From contig JANOQA010000172.1 of assembly GCA_031422145.1 (NCBI GenBank), positions 1 through 28,908 on the forward strand: DNA of 28,908 nucleotides, written 5' to 3'. The position numbers and the translations under genes were made by a program. The notes under the pieces are model-generated. The model ran no database searches, was not told the DNA's origin, and was given only the letters and a program-made list of their open reading frames with translations. Position 1 is the stretch's first letter. Each line of letters opens with the position of its first letter. Shown piece after piece: positions 1 through 10,124 of the stretch. The DNA is from a bacterium (lineage in GTDB: Bacteria; Patescibacteriota; Gracilibacteria; BD1-5; UBA2023).

Positions 1-38
1 CACTTTCTCTATCATCTTGGGGTTCAATTTTTATATAT

Positions 39-314
39 ATGATAGGTAAATTCAAAAAGCGAAAACGACTTCGTATTCACGGCTTCCTCGCTCGCATGAC
101 GACTCACGGAGGAAAAAAAGTGATCGCAGCACGACGACGTAAAGGTCGACATGTACTTGCGGTGAGCTATCCAAACCGGTTCAAGATGACCAACGGTAAG
201 TCAAAAATGCATATCGTAGCGGGAGGTACGGCTCGAGTGGTACGATTTCCTGGTTCAAGTCAGAAATTTCGACCTACCAAGACTCACAAAGTTTCTCCAA
301 AAAAAGAGGACTAG
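39..314 (+). CDS. rpmH: 50S ribosomal protein L34 with ~48-aa basic C-terminal extension
   Basis: [29 protein letters not shown] is the L34 core. The gene sits directly upstream of rnpA-yidC and ends in TAG. Confidence 0.92.
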   Translation: MIGKFKKRKRLRIHGFLARMTTHGGKKVIAARRRKGRHVLAVSYPNRFKMTNGKSKMHIVAGGTARVVRFPGSSQKFRPTKTHKVSPKKED

Positions 315-326
315 TTCTCGTTTTAC

Positions 327-710
327 ATGATCTCAAAAATATTTCGTCTTACACGAAATGACATCGGAAAGGTTTTAAAATATAAAAAACCTTTCTTTTC
401 GTCTGTGCTCGTGGCGAATGTCATAGCTACGAAACTTGCTCATCCGAGATTTGCCATTATCCTTTCTGGGAAGGTAGCCCGTACGAGCGTAGATAGAAAT
501 ACATTTCGTCGAGCTATATATGATATATGTCAGGATTTCCTGCATATACCTCAAGGTTTCGATGTAGCTTTTGTTTTTAAAAAAGGAGTCATTGTCTCTC
601 GAAAAGACGAAGCTCAGATCCTCCTCATAGAGCGTGAGTCTCGAGAACTCCTCGAGAAAATAGTCCGAGAATCCTCAAAACTTCCCCCACCCAAATCATT
701 TTCTAGATAA
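327..710 (+). CDS. rnpA: Ribonuclease P protein component
   Basis: PRFAIILSGKVARTSVDRNTFRRAI matches the RNR-motif region; canonical rpmH-rnpA-yidC order; TAA stop. Confidence 0.9.
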   Translation: MISKIFRLTRNDIGKVLKYKKPFFSSVLVANVIATKLAHPRFAIILSGKVARTSVDRNTFRRAIYDICQDFLHIPQGFDVAFVFKKGVIVSRKDEAQILLIERESRELLEKIVRESSKLPPPKSFSR

Positions 711-716
711 TTTCCC

Positions 717-1958
717 ATGAAAGATCGACTTCTCAATATTCTCCTCCTCTCGTTTGTTCTCCTTTTGGGACTCAATCTCTTTCTCCCGAGCCCAGACAAG
801 GCAGTAGCTATCGTAGAGCCACACTTCGTCCTCGCCAAGGCCAGTGTCGTCATCCCAAACCATCCAAACCTCAAACTCAGTAATCCGACCGATCAAAAGA
901 TCACCTTTGATACCTGTAAAGATCTCGAGATCCTCGTCAATCTCCGAAAACTCTCGATCGATGGAGGAGCTCAGTCATTTTGTAAAGTGCTCGATGTAGC
1001 CCCCAAGACTGATGCCGTTATCGATCTCAATCCTCTCCGAGTCCTCTTTGAAAAGCCAGCTGATATAGGATTTCGAGCGAAGATCGGTGACAAAGATCTC
1101 ACCGCCTCTCTCGTGGTAGAGGAACGAGGACTTTTCCGAAGCTTTTTCGCGACGGTGTTTTATGCTCCGATCCTCAATCTCTTTGTCCTCCTGCTCTCGG
1201 TATTTCCCGGACATAGTCTCGGCCTCGCTATCATAGCGATCACCATACTCGTACGGATCATCCTTCTCGTGCCACAGCATCAGATGCTCGTGAGCTCTCG
1301 TCGTCTCCAGGAGATCCAGCCAAAGATCCAGGCTCTCCAGACAAAATACAAAGGAGACCAAGCCAAGATCGGGATGGAGCTCATGGCTCTCTATAAAAAA
1401 GAAAAAGTAAATCCTCTCGGAGCCTGTCTCCCTCTCGCTATCCAGATGCCGATCCTCCTGGTCCTTTACTGGGTATTGACGTCGATCCAAGATACGAGCA
1501 ATCACTTTTATTTTTACTCGTTTTTCCAAAATTTTGAGGTGAGCTCTATACAGACTCAGTTCCTCAGACTCGATCTCCTCGGTATAGGAGGGGTAGTCGG
1601 TATCGCTCTCGCTGTCCTCGTCGGAGTGACACAGTGGCTCCAGATCAAGCTCTCTCAGAAAGGGATCGTCATCAAGCCTCGTACCGAAGAGGATGCGAAT
1701 AGTCTCATGCCAGATCCCGCTCTGATGGGTAAATTTATGCTCTGGGGAATGCCGGCTATGATCACGGTGACGACCTATTTCTTCCCGGCGGGAGTGGGTA
1801 TCTACTGGTTTATTAGTACGCTTTTTATGCTCGTACAGCAACAGATCGCCAACCAAGTAGCCGATCGTAAAAAAAGAAAAGGAGAGATCGTAGAGGTAGC
1901 TCCTACTGAGAAAGTAGGGAAAAAATGAAAGAAAGAGAAGATGGTGATAGAGGGGTAG
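717..1958 (+). CDS. yidC: Membrane protein insertase YidC (413 aa under code 25)
   Basis: GLAIIAITILVRIILL, LQEIQPKIQALQTKYK, ELMALYKKEKVNPLGACLP and GIYWFISTLF are YidC/Oxa1 motifs. TGA at 1926 is read as Gly and the next stop is TAG at 1956-1958. Confidence 0.93.
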
Positions 1959-1971
1959 GGAGATCTCGTAT

Positions 1972-2838
1972 CTAATTTTCTTCGTAGTAGTAGGAGTGAT
2001 CTACTCACTTCATAAACATCTCCCGACTCTCTATATCATCGGTGAGTGCCTGCTGCATAAGGAGTCGTATTATGTTTCCATTGACGGTACTTGCTGTCAT
2101 AGCATTCAGATAGTCATTTTTCTGTATTTTACTCCAGTCTACGCATTTCTTCAGGCGTTTTTTGAGGATGAGATCGAGCCAGATCCGAGTACTTCGGCCA
2201 TTGCCATCCATAAAGGGATGAGCTACATTCATCTCGATATATTTATCTATGATCTCATCAAAGGTACTTTCTGGCATTTTCTCGATCTGACGAAGGGTGC
2301 TATTGAGGTATGCGACCATAGCAAACTGGAATCCACCCTTTGAAATATTCTTTTGTCGTATCTGCCCCGCGAAGTCATACAGTCATCCAAATAGGTAGGC
2401 GTGTATCTGCTGAAGTCACTTGATCGTACCAACTTCAATACTATTGATGAGTGAACTCTCAAATAGTGCGTATGCTTTGAGTTTGCTTTGACCATCTATA
2501 CTATTGTCACCATAGATAAACCAATCAAGGAATTTAATAGACTTCCTACCGGGAATAAGCTTTATGACCTGGATAATATCATCTTGTGAAAAACAATCTG
2601 TCGCATATCTCTTTCCGTCAGCAGATAGGAGTTTCAGTTGGCTACATTTTGTAGTCAACTGATTTACTTCTTTGTTGAGTCTCGTTTTCATAACACTCCA
2701 ATACTTTCTTGGATTACTACTTTGCGTCAAAATAGCGATCACATCTACGATAGAGTACCACCATTTATTCTGGACATCATCCCAGATGGCACGTACCTCA
2801 CGGTTATCAAAGAATCGGATGGAGATTTTGTCATTCAT
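1972..2838 (-). CDS. Fic-domain protein (AMPylase motif) with N-terminal BRO-like domain, 288 aa
   Basis: Joins track ORFs 2416..2838 and 2005..2319 through TGA at 2416, 2383 and 2005. Canonical [12 protein letters not shown] motif; C-terminus MFMK(G)[10 protein letters not shown], then TAG. Confidence 0.9.
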
Positions 2839-2907
2839 GAGTAGAGGGATGATGAGTAAAAACTGAATTCTATACTACATTGTAGTAATCAGAGAATCTT
2901 CAAGTTC

Positions 2908-3678
2908 CTATATTTTTCGCCTTTGATATCCGATTTGATACATTTCTCGGTATGACTCATCCCAGCCCCAGCATTCTCATTTAGGAAGTTTCTTGAGTAT
3001 ATATGGCACGATTAGTGGATGCAAATCCGACATGAGACAGAGGAGCTCTACCATTTGCTCCATAGCTCCTCAGATCGTTCCATTTGAGTCATCGACTCCT
3101 CCATAGCTGAGTTTTTTATCGAGTCTCTTGAGAATAGCAGTACATATGTCTACGGCCTCATGACAGATCGGCATCTCAGAAAACAGAGCCAGGAAGAGAC
3201 GAGAACCTTTATCGAGTTTGTTTTGATAGCGAAACCACGTACTCGAAGGCCCGTCGTATCATTTGATATACTTCATGGCTTCTTGGATACGAGTTTTGAT
3301 AGACTCAGACTCACCCACGGTCATATCTCGGATCTCCCCGCTACAACATGCTACATCGAGGGGAATATCTTCTGATATTACCTCTTCACCCATTCCAGAG
3401 TGTCTCACAACTCCGATCGAGAGAGCGATGAGGTGCTTGCAGATCTCGCCTCGCTCTCCGATATAGCAGTCGCAGGATCCGTACTCCCAGTTTTTGACGG
3501 GGACTTCTACCAGATAGCTACTCGTACCCTGTACATTTGCAGACCAGGATCCGTCGAGCTCATCTTCTACAAGATCGAGGACCTTTCTTTTTTCATAGAG
3601 ATCGAGTCATTTCTTGTATTCGTGATCTCCGACGGTGAGTCGTATATCAGAGAGAGTAAAGCGGGGAGAGAGGGTCAT
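2908..3678 (-). CDS. SWIM zinc-finger family protein, 256 aa (absent from ORF track)
   Basis: Continuous frame with TGA=Gly from ATG 3678 to TAG 2908. Contains GSCDCYIGERGEICKHLIAL (CxC...CxH) and C-terminal LDKKLSYGGVDDSNGTIGG. Confidence 0.82.
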
Positions 3679-3737
3679 ATAGAGTTGGAGGATGTGTTAC
3701 AGAAAGCGAGAAACGTTAACAGATGAGAGTATATCCG

Positions 3738-4589
3738 TTACAGGATTTCAAGTACTCAACTATCCGAGTTTGGACTCGATAGCTTCTTTTCGGTTACCCG
3801 TCTCTTCTCGATCTGTTTGAGATCTTCTTGGGGTTCAAGGTTTTCTGGTACTATTCATCTCTCTAGGAGTGCTTTCCTCGTTGATACACTATTTGCTACG
3901 AGTTCATTTTCGAGGGAGGACTTTCAGGAAATATTCCGCTCTTTGATATTGTGATCCGTCATCGCATATATGAAATCTTTTGCCCGAAGCTCGACTTCAG
4001 TATCGTAATCCGCGAGAGCTCTATTCTCTGGTACTCATCGTTTCTTCTTGAGTGATTTTATGGATATATTATAGAGTGCTTGGATACCTTTGTTCTTAAA
4101 TGTGGCGAACTCTACTGGGAGCTCAATCCCTCGAGTATATACAGTTTCTTCTATCTTAGCCTCATTTTCTTTTAGTTTTTGTCTTGCCTCGAGTCGCTTA
4201 TTCTCTGTATTCCTTCGCTCGAGTATTTCTTGCTTACGGCTTTGACTAGCGAAATATGTCTGTGCGAGGGATATCTCAGATTTCCTACTATCACCATTTT
4301 GAGCTATCAAGTAGCAGGCATACCTTGTCAGAAGGTAGTCTTCTATCTTTCGTTGACTTCACGACCCTAGTGTGACCATCTTGTCGGAGGGGACAAAATG
4401 GTGCTCCACCTTCTGTACACTATTCTCACATGCGATTTTTGCTTTTTCTATTACTCCAGAGAATTTCCTCCACTCTGTATACCCGAGAGCGGCCATAAGT
4501 GTACGGGCACTCCAAAATTCGAATCCAGTATCATCAGTGAGTTTGATATCTTCGAATGTCCTTTGGACGAGTGAGATGAGGTCTGGCAT
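3738..4589 (-). CDS. dinD: DNA damage-inducible protein D (DinD) family, 283 aa
   Basis: [43 protein letters not shown] and LLER(G)IVPENL. Several TGA are read through; ends in TAA at 3738. Confidence 0.87.
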
Positions 4590-4674
4590 GTTTGAAATTA
4601 ATATCTAGAGTCTCTATTTATAAACTTGTAAATATCTCTCGCATCTCAGGATGATTTTCTCGTACCTGTAATTT

Positions 4675-5025
4675 CTACCATACCGTCTCCTGTCATGAGT
4701 AGTGATCTTTCCCGTAGAGGAGGAGTATTCGACATTCTGCCATAGTTTCATCCATGTAGACGATGTATCTATTTCCAGACCCATGGGATGACTCTTGAGT
4801 TCCTGCTACAGCAAATTCACATTTGAGGATATGTCGTCTTCATTCATTACAGGTTAAAATCTTCTCTGCTTTTGTAGTCTTGAGAAGCTCTTCTATACGG
4901 GATAGCTGCTGATGAATAGCATCCAGAGTGATTTCCCAAGCTCTCGGGTATTTCTTTTCAAAGCTTTTTATAAAATATCTCTCTGCGTAGACCTCGATAT
5001 GTATATTATAGAGACTAGTAGACAT
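4675..5025 (-). CDS. Putative toxin (possibly RelE-like RNase) partnered with the Panacea antitoxin; frame continues past TAG 4675 to TAA 4618
   Basis: Overlaps the antitoxin stop by 11 nt. Basic ~116-aa ORF (YFIKSFEKKYPRAWEITL...CEFAVAGTQESSHGSGNRYIVY...RILLLYGK). Toxin role is inferred from context only. Confidence 0.55.
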
Positions 5026-5701
5026 TGGTCGGATCTTCCTGAGTGATAAGGGAGTAGGGGATTACTTCGTTTGATCGACATATCTTCCAGGGAAGCTGGG
5101 AATGAGTAAAATCTACAATTTCCTGTGTATTTTTTCATTTCCATTTTATACAAACTGATCGTATCAGTTCTATGAGGGGGGCTGGTAAATGACTTTCAGG
5201 AGGAGTTACGAGATTTTCGATGAGTTGGGTGCGTCCCTTTGACTCTATCGATATCATCTCGCTATTCTGTAGTTCTTCGAGGGCCAGAAAATAAGCATCA
5301 GGCACCGGTCACTGAGCGAGCTTTCGATATGAAAGTCTCGTAAGTTGCTCGAGATGCTCGTAAAACCACCCAAAATCTACGAGATAGGCGAGTTTTGCGA
5401 GTTTAGTCTTGGTAATACGGTCATCACTATCTGATCCGTATTTAATACAGAGGGTCAGGATTGATTTGTAGAGTTCGATATCGTATTCTTGATTGGCGGT
5501 GATTCGCACATCTTCTCCGGTGATATCTGCGAGAGTGATATCGAGAGTTTTTGCGAGCTTCACCGCTTGGTCGAGGGTGATCTCGCTCTCGCCACTCTCT
5601 ATGCGAGCATAGGTCTGCCTTGATATATCGAGCTTTTCTGCTACTTCACTTTGAGTTAAAGAGTGTGACTCGCGGACCTCTTTTACTTTTTGATAGAGCA
5701 T
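5015..5701 (-). CDS. XRE-HTH + Panacea (DUF4065/SocA-like) domain antitoxin, 228 aa
   Basis: N-terminal LTQSEVAEKLDISRQTYARIESG HTH. ITKTKLAKLAYLVDFGWF, YRKLAQ(G)PVP and IVDFTHSQLPWK are typical of DUF4065. TGA at 5309 is read as Gly; TAG at 5015. Confidence 0.85.
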
Positions 5702-5737
5702 ATAGGGTATGTAAATGTACGCGTAGTATATCGTAAT

Positions 5738-5751
5738 TTGCATTTATGCAA
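5738..5751. promoter_or_regulatory. Palindrome TTGCAT-TT-ATGCAA, candidate autoregulatory operator of the HTH-Panacea operon
   Basis: Inverted repeat ~37 nt upstream of ATG 5701, next to a minus-strand TATACT hexamer. Confidence 0.5.
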
Positions 5752-5852
5752 GTATTTATAACAAAGTATTATTAAATGTTAAATAAATGAGAAATATACT
5801 TGAGTTAAAGAAGGTTGCAGATATATTGAATTTAATGAGTTGTCTTTCTAAC

Positions 5853-5887
5853 AAAAAAACGACTCAGGTATTTCCTGAATCGTTTTT
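5853..5887 (-). terminator. Intrinsic terminator-like hairpin, best on the minus strand
   Basis: 14-bp stem that is fully paired on the minus strand (one U.G), with a 5-nt loop and ending in a 7-U tract. Confidence 0.6.
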
Positions 5888-5969
5888 ATAGATTTTTGTT
5901 TTAAGTGCCTCATTAGCCTATACAATCGTCTCGGGGAATCAAATTTATTTGCGATAACCCCAATGTTTT

Positions 5970-6152
5970 ATGAGTAAAGCTCATTTGACTCCAGGAACTG
6001 GAGCTCCTCGCTCTGGTCAATACCAACAGGTATGACCAAGAGGAGGAATAGCAGGTAGACCAGAGGTCACAGCCGTAAGGTGAAAGCCACTTCCACCTAC
6101 TCCAGAACCAGGTATGACCTATGTTTTGGTAGATCCTACTAAGCATAAGTAA
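5970..6152 (+). CDS. YjzC-like family small protein, 60 aa (absent from ORF track)
   Basis: MSKAHLTPGTGAPRSGQYQQV(G)PRGGIAGRPEVTAVR(G)KPLPPTPEPGMTYVLVDPTKHK. The YjzC-type SGQY..VGPRGG and GxPLPPT motifs are completed by TGA=Gly. Confidence 0.88.
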
Positions 6153-6185
6153 AATAAATCCCGCATTTGCGGGATTTATTTTACT
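6148..6185. terminator. Bidirectional intrinsic terminator between yjzC-like and RM genes
   Basis: Perfect 17-bp stem AGTAAAATAAATCCCGC / GCGGGATTTATTTTACT with a 4-nt loop, between convergent stop codons. Confidence 0.85.
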
Positions 6186-9100
6186 ACATTTCCTTGATCA
6201 TACTCTCTATAAATACTATCTCCTCTGGGGCGAGATGATACTTTTTATAGAGTTGCTTGTCTATATCATTTATGGATAGACTCCAATTAATATCAGATCA
6301 TGCTGTGAAATTTTGAAGTGGTACAAATTTATATGTTTTTGCTGTAGCATCTTGACTCGCCTTGGCGAGACTATGCATAAATCTGGCAAATCTGGTAGTG
6401 AGATATTGACTCATATGTTTCGACTGTATAACATCGAGTCACATATCTGCTCAGAGCACTATATATGACTCTGTGCATATAGTTCATGGAACTCCGATAA
6501 AGGTATTGAGATTATCATCACTGAGTTCTGTACCGATATTGTTGGCACGAGGAGTATATACTTTGTAGGCATCTATCCAGTTTGTTCGTACACTGATCTC
6601 GGATCTCTCTATATATCCGACCTTTTGTCATTTGCCGTAGCATGATATAGGATTAACGAGTCCATCTATTGATGCTTGAAATTTATTGGTTTTAACTATA
6701 TTTCATTCTATATTAAATGGCTTTCTTACAGATACATATTTTGAGAAACTTTCGAATCATTGAGTATGAGAAACCTTATCTATGATAGGGATGGCCTGCT
6801 GTTGTCTGACAAATGTCTCGGATCCTGTAGATCTGAGGAGGCGATCTGTTGAGTATATGCTGCCTCACTTTTGATGAGTAACTACTCTCGTCATATCTCT
6901 GCGTGTATCATGCATACTATCTTTGAGAAAATAACATACACCACTACGGAGATTGACTCATGGAAATACATCGTCAGGATTGATATAATCATGGAGGAGA
7001 GCTATGGTCGTATCTCATAGCATACTTTCACGGAATTCATCCAGTCACTTGCCACCTGCAAACCATCTAGATGGCATGATCATCGATATATATCTTGGGG
7101 TAAGACGCTTGGCGGTATATACAAAATTCTGGTAAATAGGCTTAGCACTTGCTTGTGCTCACCCATCACCCTCTTGATATGGTGGATTCCCGATGACTAT
7201 ATCAAATTTCATAGGTATATGATTAATTTTTAAAGTATCTTCCTCGATCAAGGTATTCTCTTTTATGAGATCATACGCGGTATAGTTTTGTTCTATATGA
7301 TCTTTATTAAGGCCGAGAAGCGAGTAGAGTTTCTTCGTGAATTCATAGGCAATTTTAGAGCTTGGTATAGAGTAGACATTATTTGCTACCTCTTCCCCAT
7401 ATTTTTTATATATAGCGTATACAAACTCCCCCTGCTTGGACGCTATATCGAGCCATTTCGTAGTAGTATCGATATCAGTATCAGGGATGATATCTATCAT
7501 ATCATCTGCGATATGCTCTGGGGTGACTATCTCTGACTCAGATAGTCTACCGAATTTCTTCATTGCGTTCTGAGCCCTCTGTATATTTGGTATAGTTGTA
7601 TCATTAGCGAGGGAGTTGATATTTTGTATTTTGTAGTCGATTTCACTGAGAACAAACGGATTGATATGTTCTTGAAATATGCCGAGGAGATATGTATCTA
7701 TCTTGAGATTTTTGGCAATAGAGAGATCCTCAGGATAATTCTTGATACGAGCGATCACCTCTTCGAGAGATATGACTCGAGCATCTGTCAAAAATGCGAA
7801 AAAAAGTATCCTCGAATAGTATGTAGCGAATTTTGACTTATAGTCGATATCTGCATCTTTTTTGGGAGATGCTATTTCGTCTTCTATAAGATCTTTTCCT
7901 CTATTTAGAATATCTCCTGTATCCATATCTCGTCATTCTCCTTTTGCTGCATTCGTCTGTATACCTTGTCTGGATCCGATCTTTCCTTGGTCTTCTATCA
8001 ATACTCGTATCTCCTCGATATCGAGGAGCGTGTAGTCTATAGCTATAGCATTGGCTTCATCGAGGACACTCCTACTACTCGAGTATTCCCTTACTGCGTC
8101 GAGTATACTTGCGGGAGTGATCTCCTCCATCTTATGGTTGTTGAGGACGATAATAGGTGATATTTCGAGTTCTTTACGTATTCTTTCCTCGAGTTTTGTA
8201 TTCCCATTCGCTTCCGTATTTACATTATATATCTGTGCTTTTTGTTCTTGCATCTGGAACATTCTATTCGGACTAAAATCAACCAAAAGCGTCTGGGGCT
8301 TCATATTATACTTCACGATATCACCATTTGGCTCTTTGAAATCTCGTATGTATTGATTTTGGAGACGAAATATCGCTTGATCATACTCTTGTGGGGATGT
8401 GGTATCCTTCAAAAATAGCATCGTATCCCATTCAGGAACAGTACTTCCTGTGAGCATCCTATTGACTGTGAGGGTAATAGTTTTTTTCTGTTCACTTTCA
8501 CACTTTTTAATCTTTTCTTGTATCGACTCTATTTCTTTAAATACCGTAGTACTTTCGAGACCAGATATATTTATGATCTCATACGAGCTGAGGTTTTTGA
8601 ACTGATGAGTATGTATGAGTGCTTCGAGAGCATCGCAAGATGCACGATATGGCAATACACATACGATGTGGCGACACATATTTCACTCTTTAAGTCTCTC
8701 ATAGTCAAGAAATCCTAGTATATTATCATCATTTTTTGATCCATCGATGATATCGAGGAGATCTTTTATTTCTTTCTCATAGATAAATTTCTTATGGAGG
8801 TTATCTTTGCTATCTTGTAGGATAGATTTTGGTCTGAGTAATTCTGAAAAAGCATAGGTCACCCCATCTCTTTTGAGTTGTTCCATTTTTTTCTGCGAGG
8901 ACTCATTGGGATGAAATGCAAATCGTATCATCTGAGGAAATCCGTAATACGGATTATCCCATTCTTTGACTTCATCTTTCATGAGGTTTTCGTCATTCCA
9001 CTTTTGTTGGTCTGCAGCGATATCTGAAAACTGATAAAAAGCGATAATATCATCTTCTGTAAATTCACTATTCATGAGTATACGGTAGGGTGTACCAGAA

Positions 9101-10122
9101 AGATGTATTCGTACTCTTGCATTTAGAGATTTGGTATATTTAGTGAGATCATCTATAGATACATCATTGAGCTCTGACTCATTCTTTATATCTTTTTTGC
9201 TGATATTGAGGACTTTCCCATATTCACTTGCCCGAGCTCCAAAGTGCGTCTCATCGATCAAGAGGAGATCTATTGTATTTGTAAATATTTCTGCATGTTT
9301 TGTTTTGATTTTTCCACCCTGTAGATCCTGAAGTGTGAGAAATATGACGACTTTCTTACCAGATTGTAGTGTTTCTGTGATTACAGTATCATTTCTCAAA
9401 AGTGTATCAGCATCGATGAAACTATATTCCTCAAATCTCATGTGACTCTGAACTGTTTTTTTCCATTCAGCTTTCACATCTGCCTTGCCAGATACTATGA
9501 GCACTGTTTTTGCATCCATCTCGACTGCACAACACATAGAGGTGAACGATTTTCAAAATCGCATCACAGCGTACATGAGGAGGTTTTTCCTTCAATTCTT
9601 TAGTGCTTTTCGAAATCTCTCTATAGTTTCTTGTTGATTGGGTCGTGGCTCATAGGTAGCTTCTCTCTTATATGTATGTGTCTTGGGTAGGCGACTATCC
9701 GAAAATGTATAGTACTGATATTTGGTACTATTGCCCATATGTGCATCTTTGATGTCTTTGATAGCATTGTCTATATCTTCAGTAGATGTATCTCGGAAAA
9801 ATTCATTGGAGTAATATGGAATAGATTTGATCGAGTCAAATTTGAGTCGAGATTTTCGAGACTCATTTTCTAGATAAAAGTGTATAGCATAATCCCTAAA
9901 AAAAGTCTCATTACTCACCTTTGCAATAGCTTGAAATTTTTTCTCGAGATTTGGAAAGTATTTTCTCCATTCATTGAGTCTTCTTTCAACTGGTCTATAG
10001 GTATCCCCTATCTTGAGATAGTTGGGGATTGTCTGGGTAGTGAACGCATAGATTTGTGGCTCTACTCTTCATACGATGATATGTTCGAGTATATCGAGAT
10101 TGAGACGATTAATATGAGACAT
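6184..10122 (-). CDS. Fused restriction-modification-like protein: N-terminal putative nuclease-like region, SF2 helicase/ATPase, N6-adenine MTase (Eco57I-like) and C-terminal specificity region, 1312 aa
   Basis: Four track ORFs share one frame joined by TGA. Motifs: Walker A MRF(G)[28 protein letters not shown]-type helicase C motif ([11 protein letters not shown]), [19 protein letters not shown] and RWFAGGK(G)LDEFR. Ends TAG TAA. Confidence 0.9.
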
Positions 10123-10124
10123 AG

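Noticed and set aside
1-38. oriC/DnaA boxes upstream of rpmH
   Set aside because: Only 38 nt are visible and they contain no TTATCCACA-like box.
700-720. Missing yidD between rnpA and yidC
   Set aside because: yidD is often absent or located elsewhere, so this is not remarkable.
5787-5891. 34-codon small ORF MRNILELKK...
   Set aside because: No motif, it runs through a terminator hairpin, and its length is within chance expectation.
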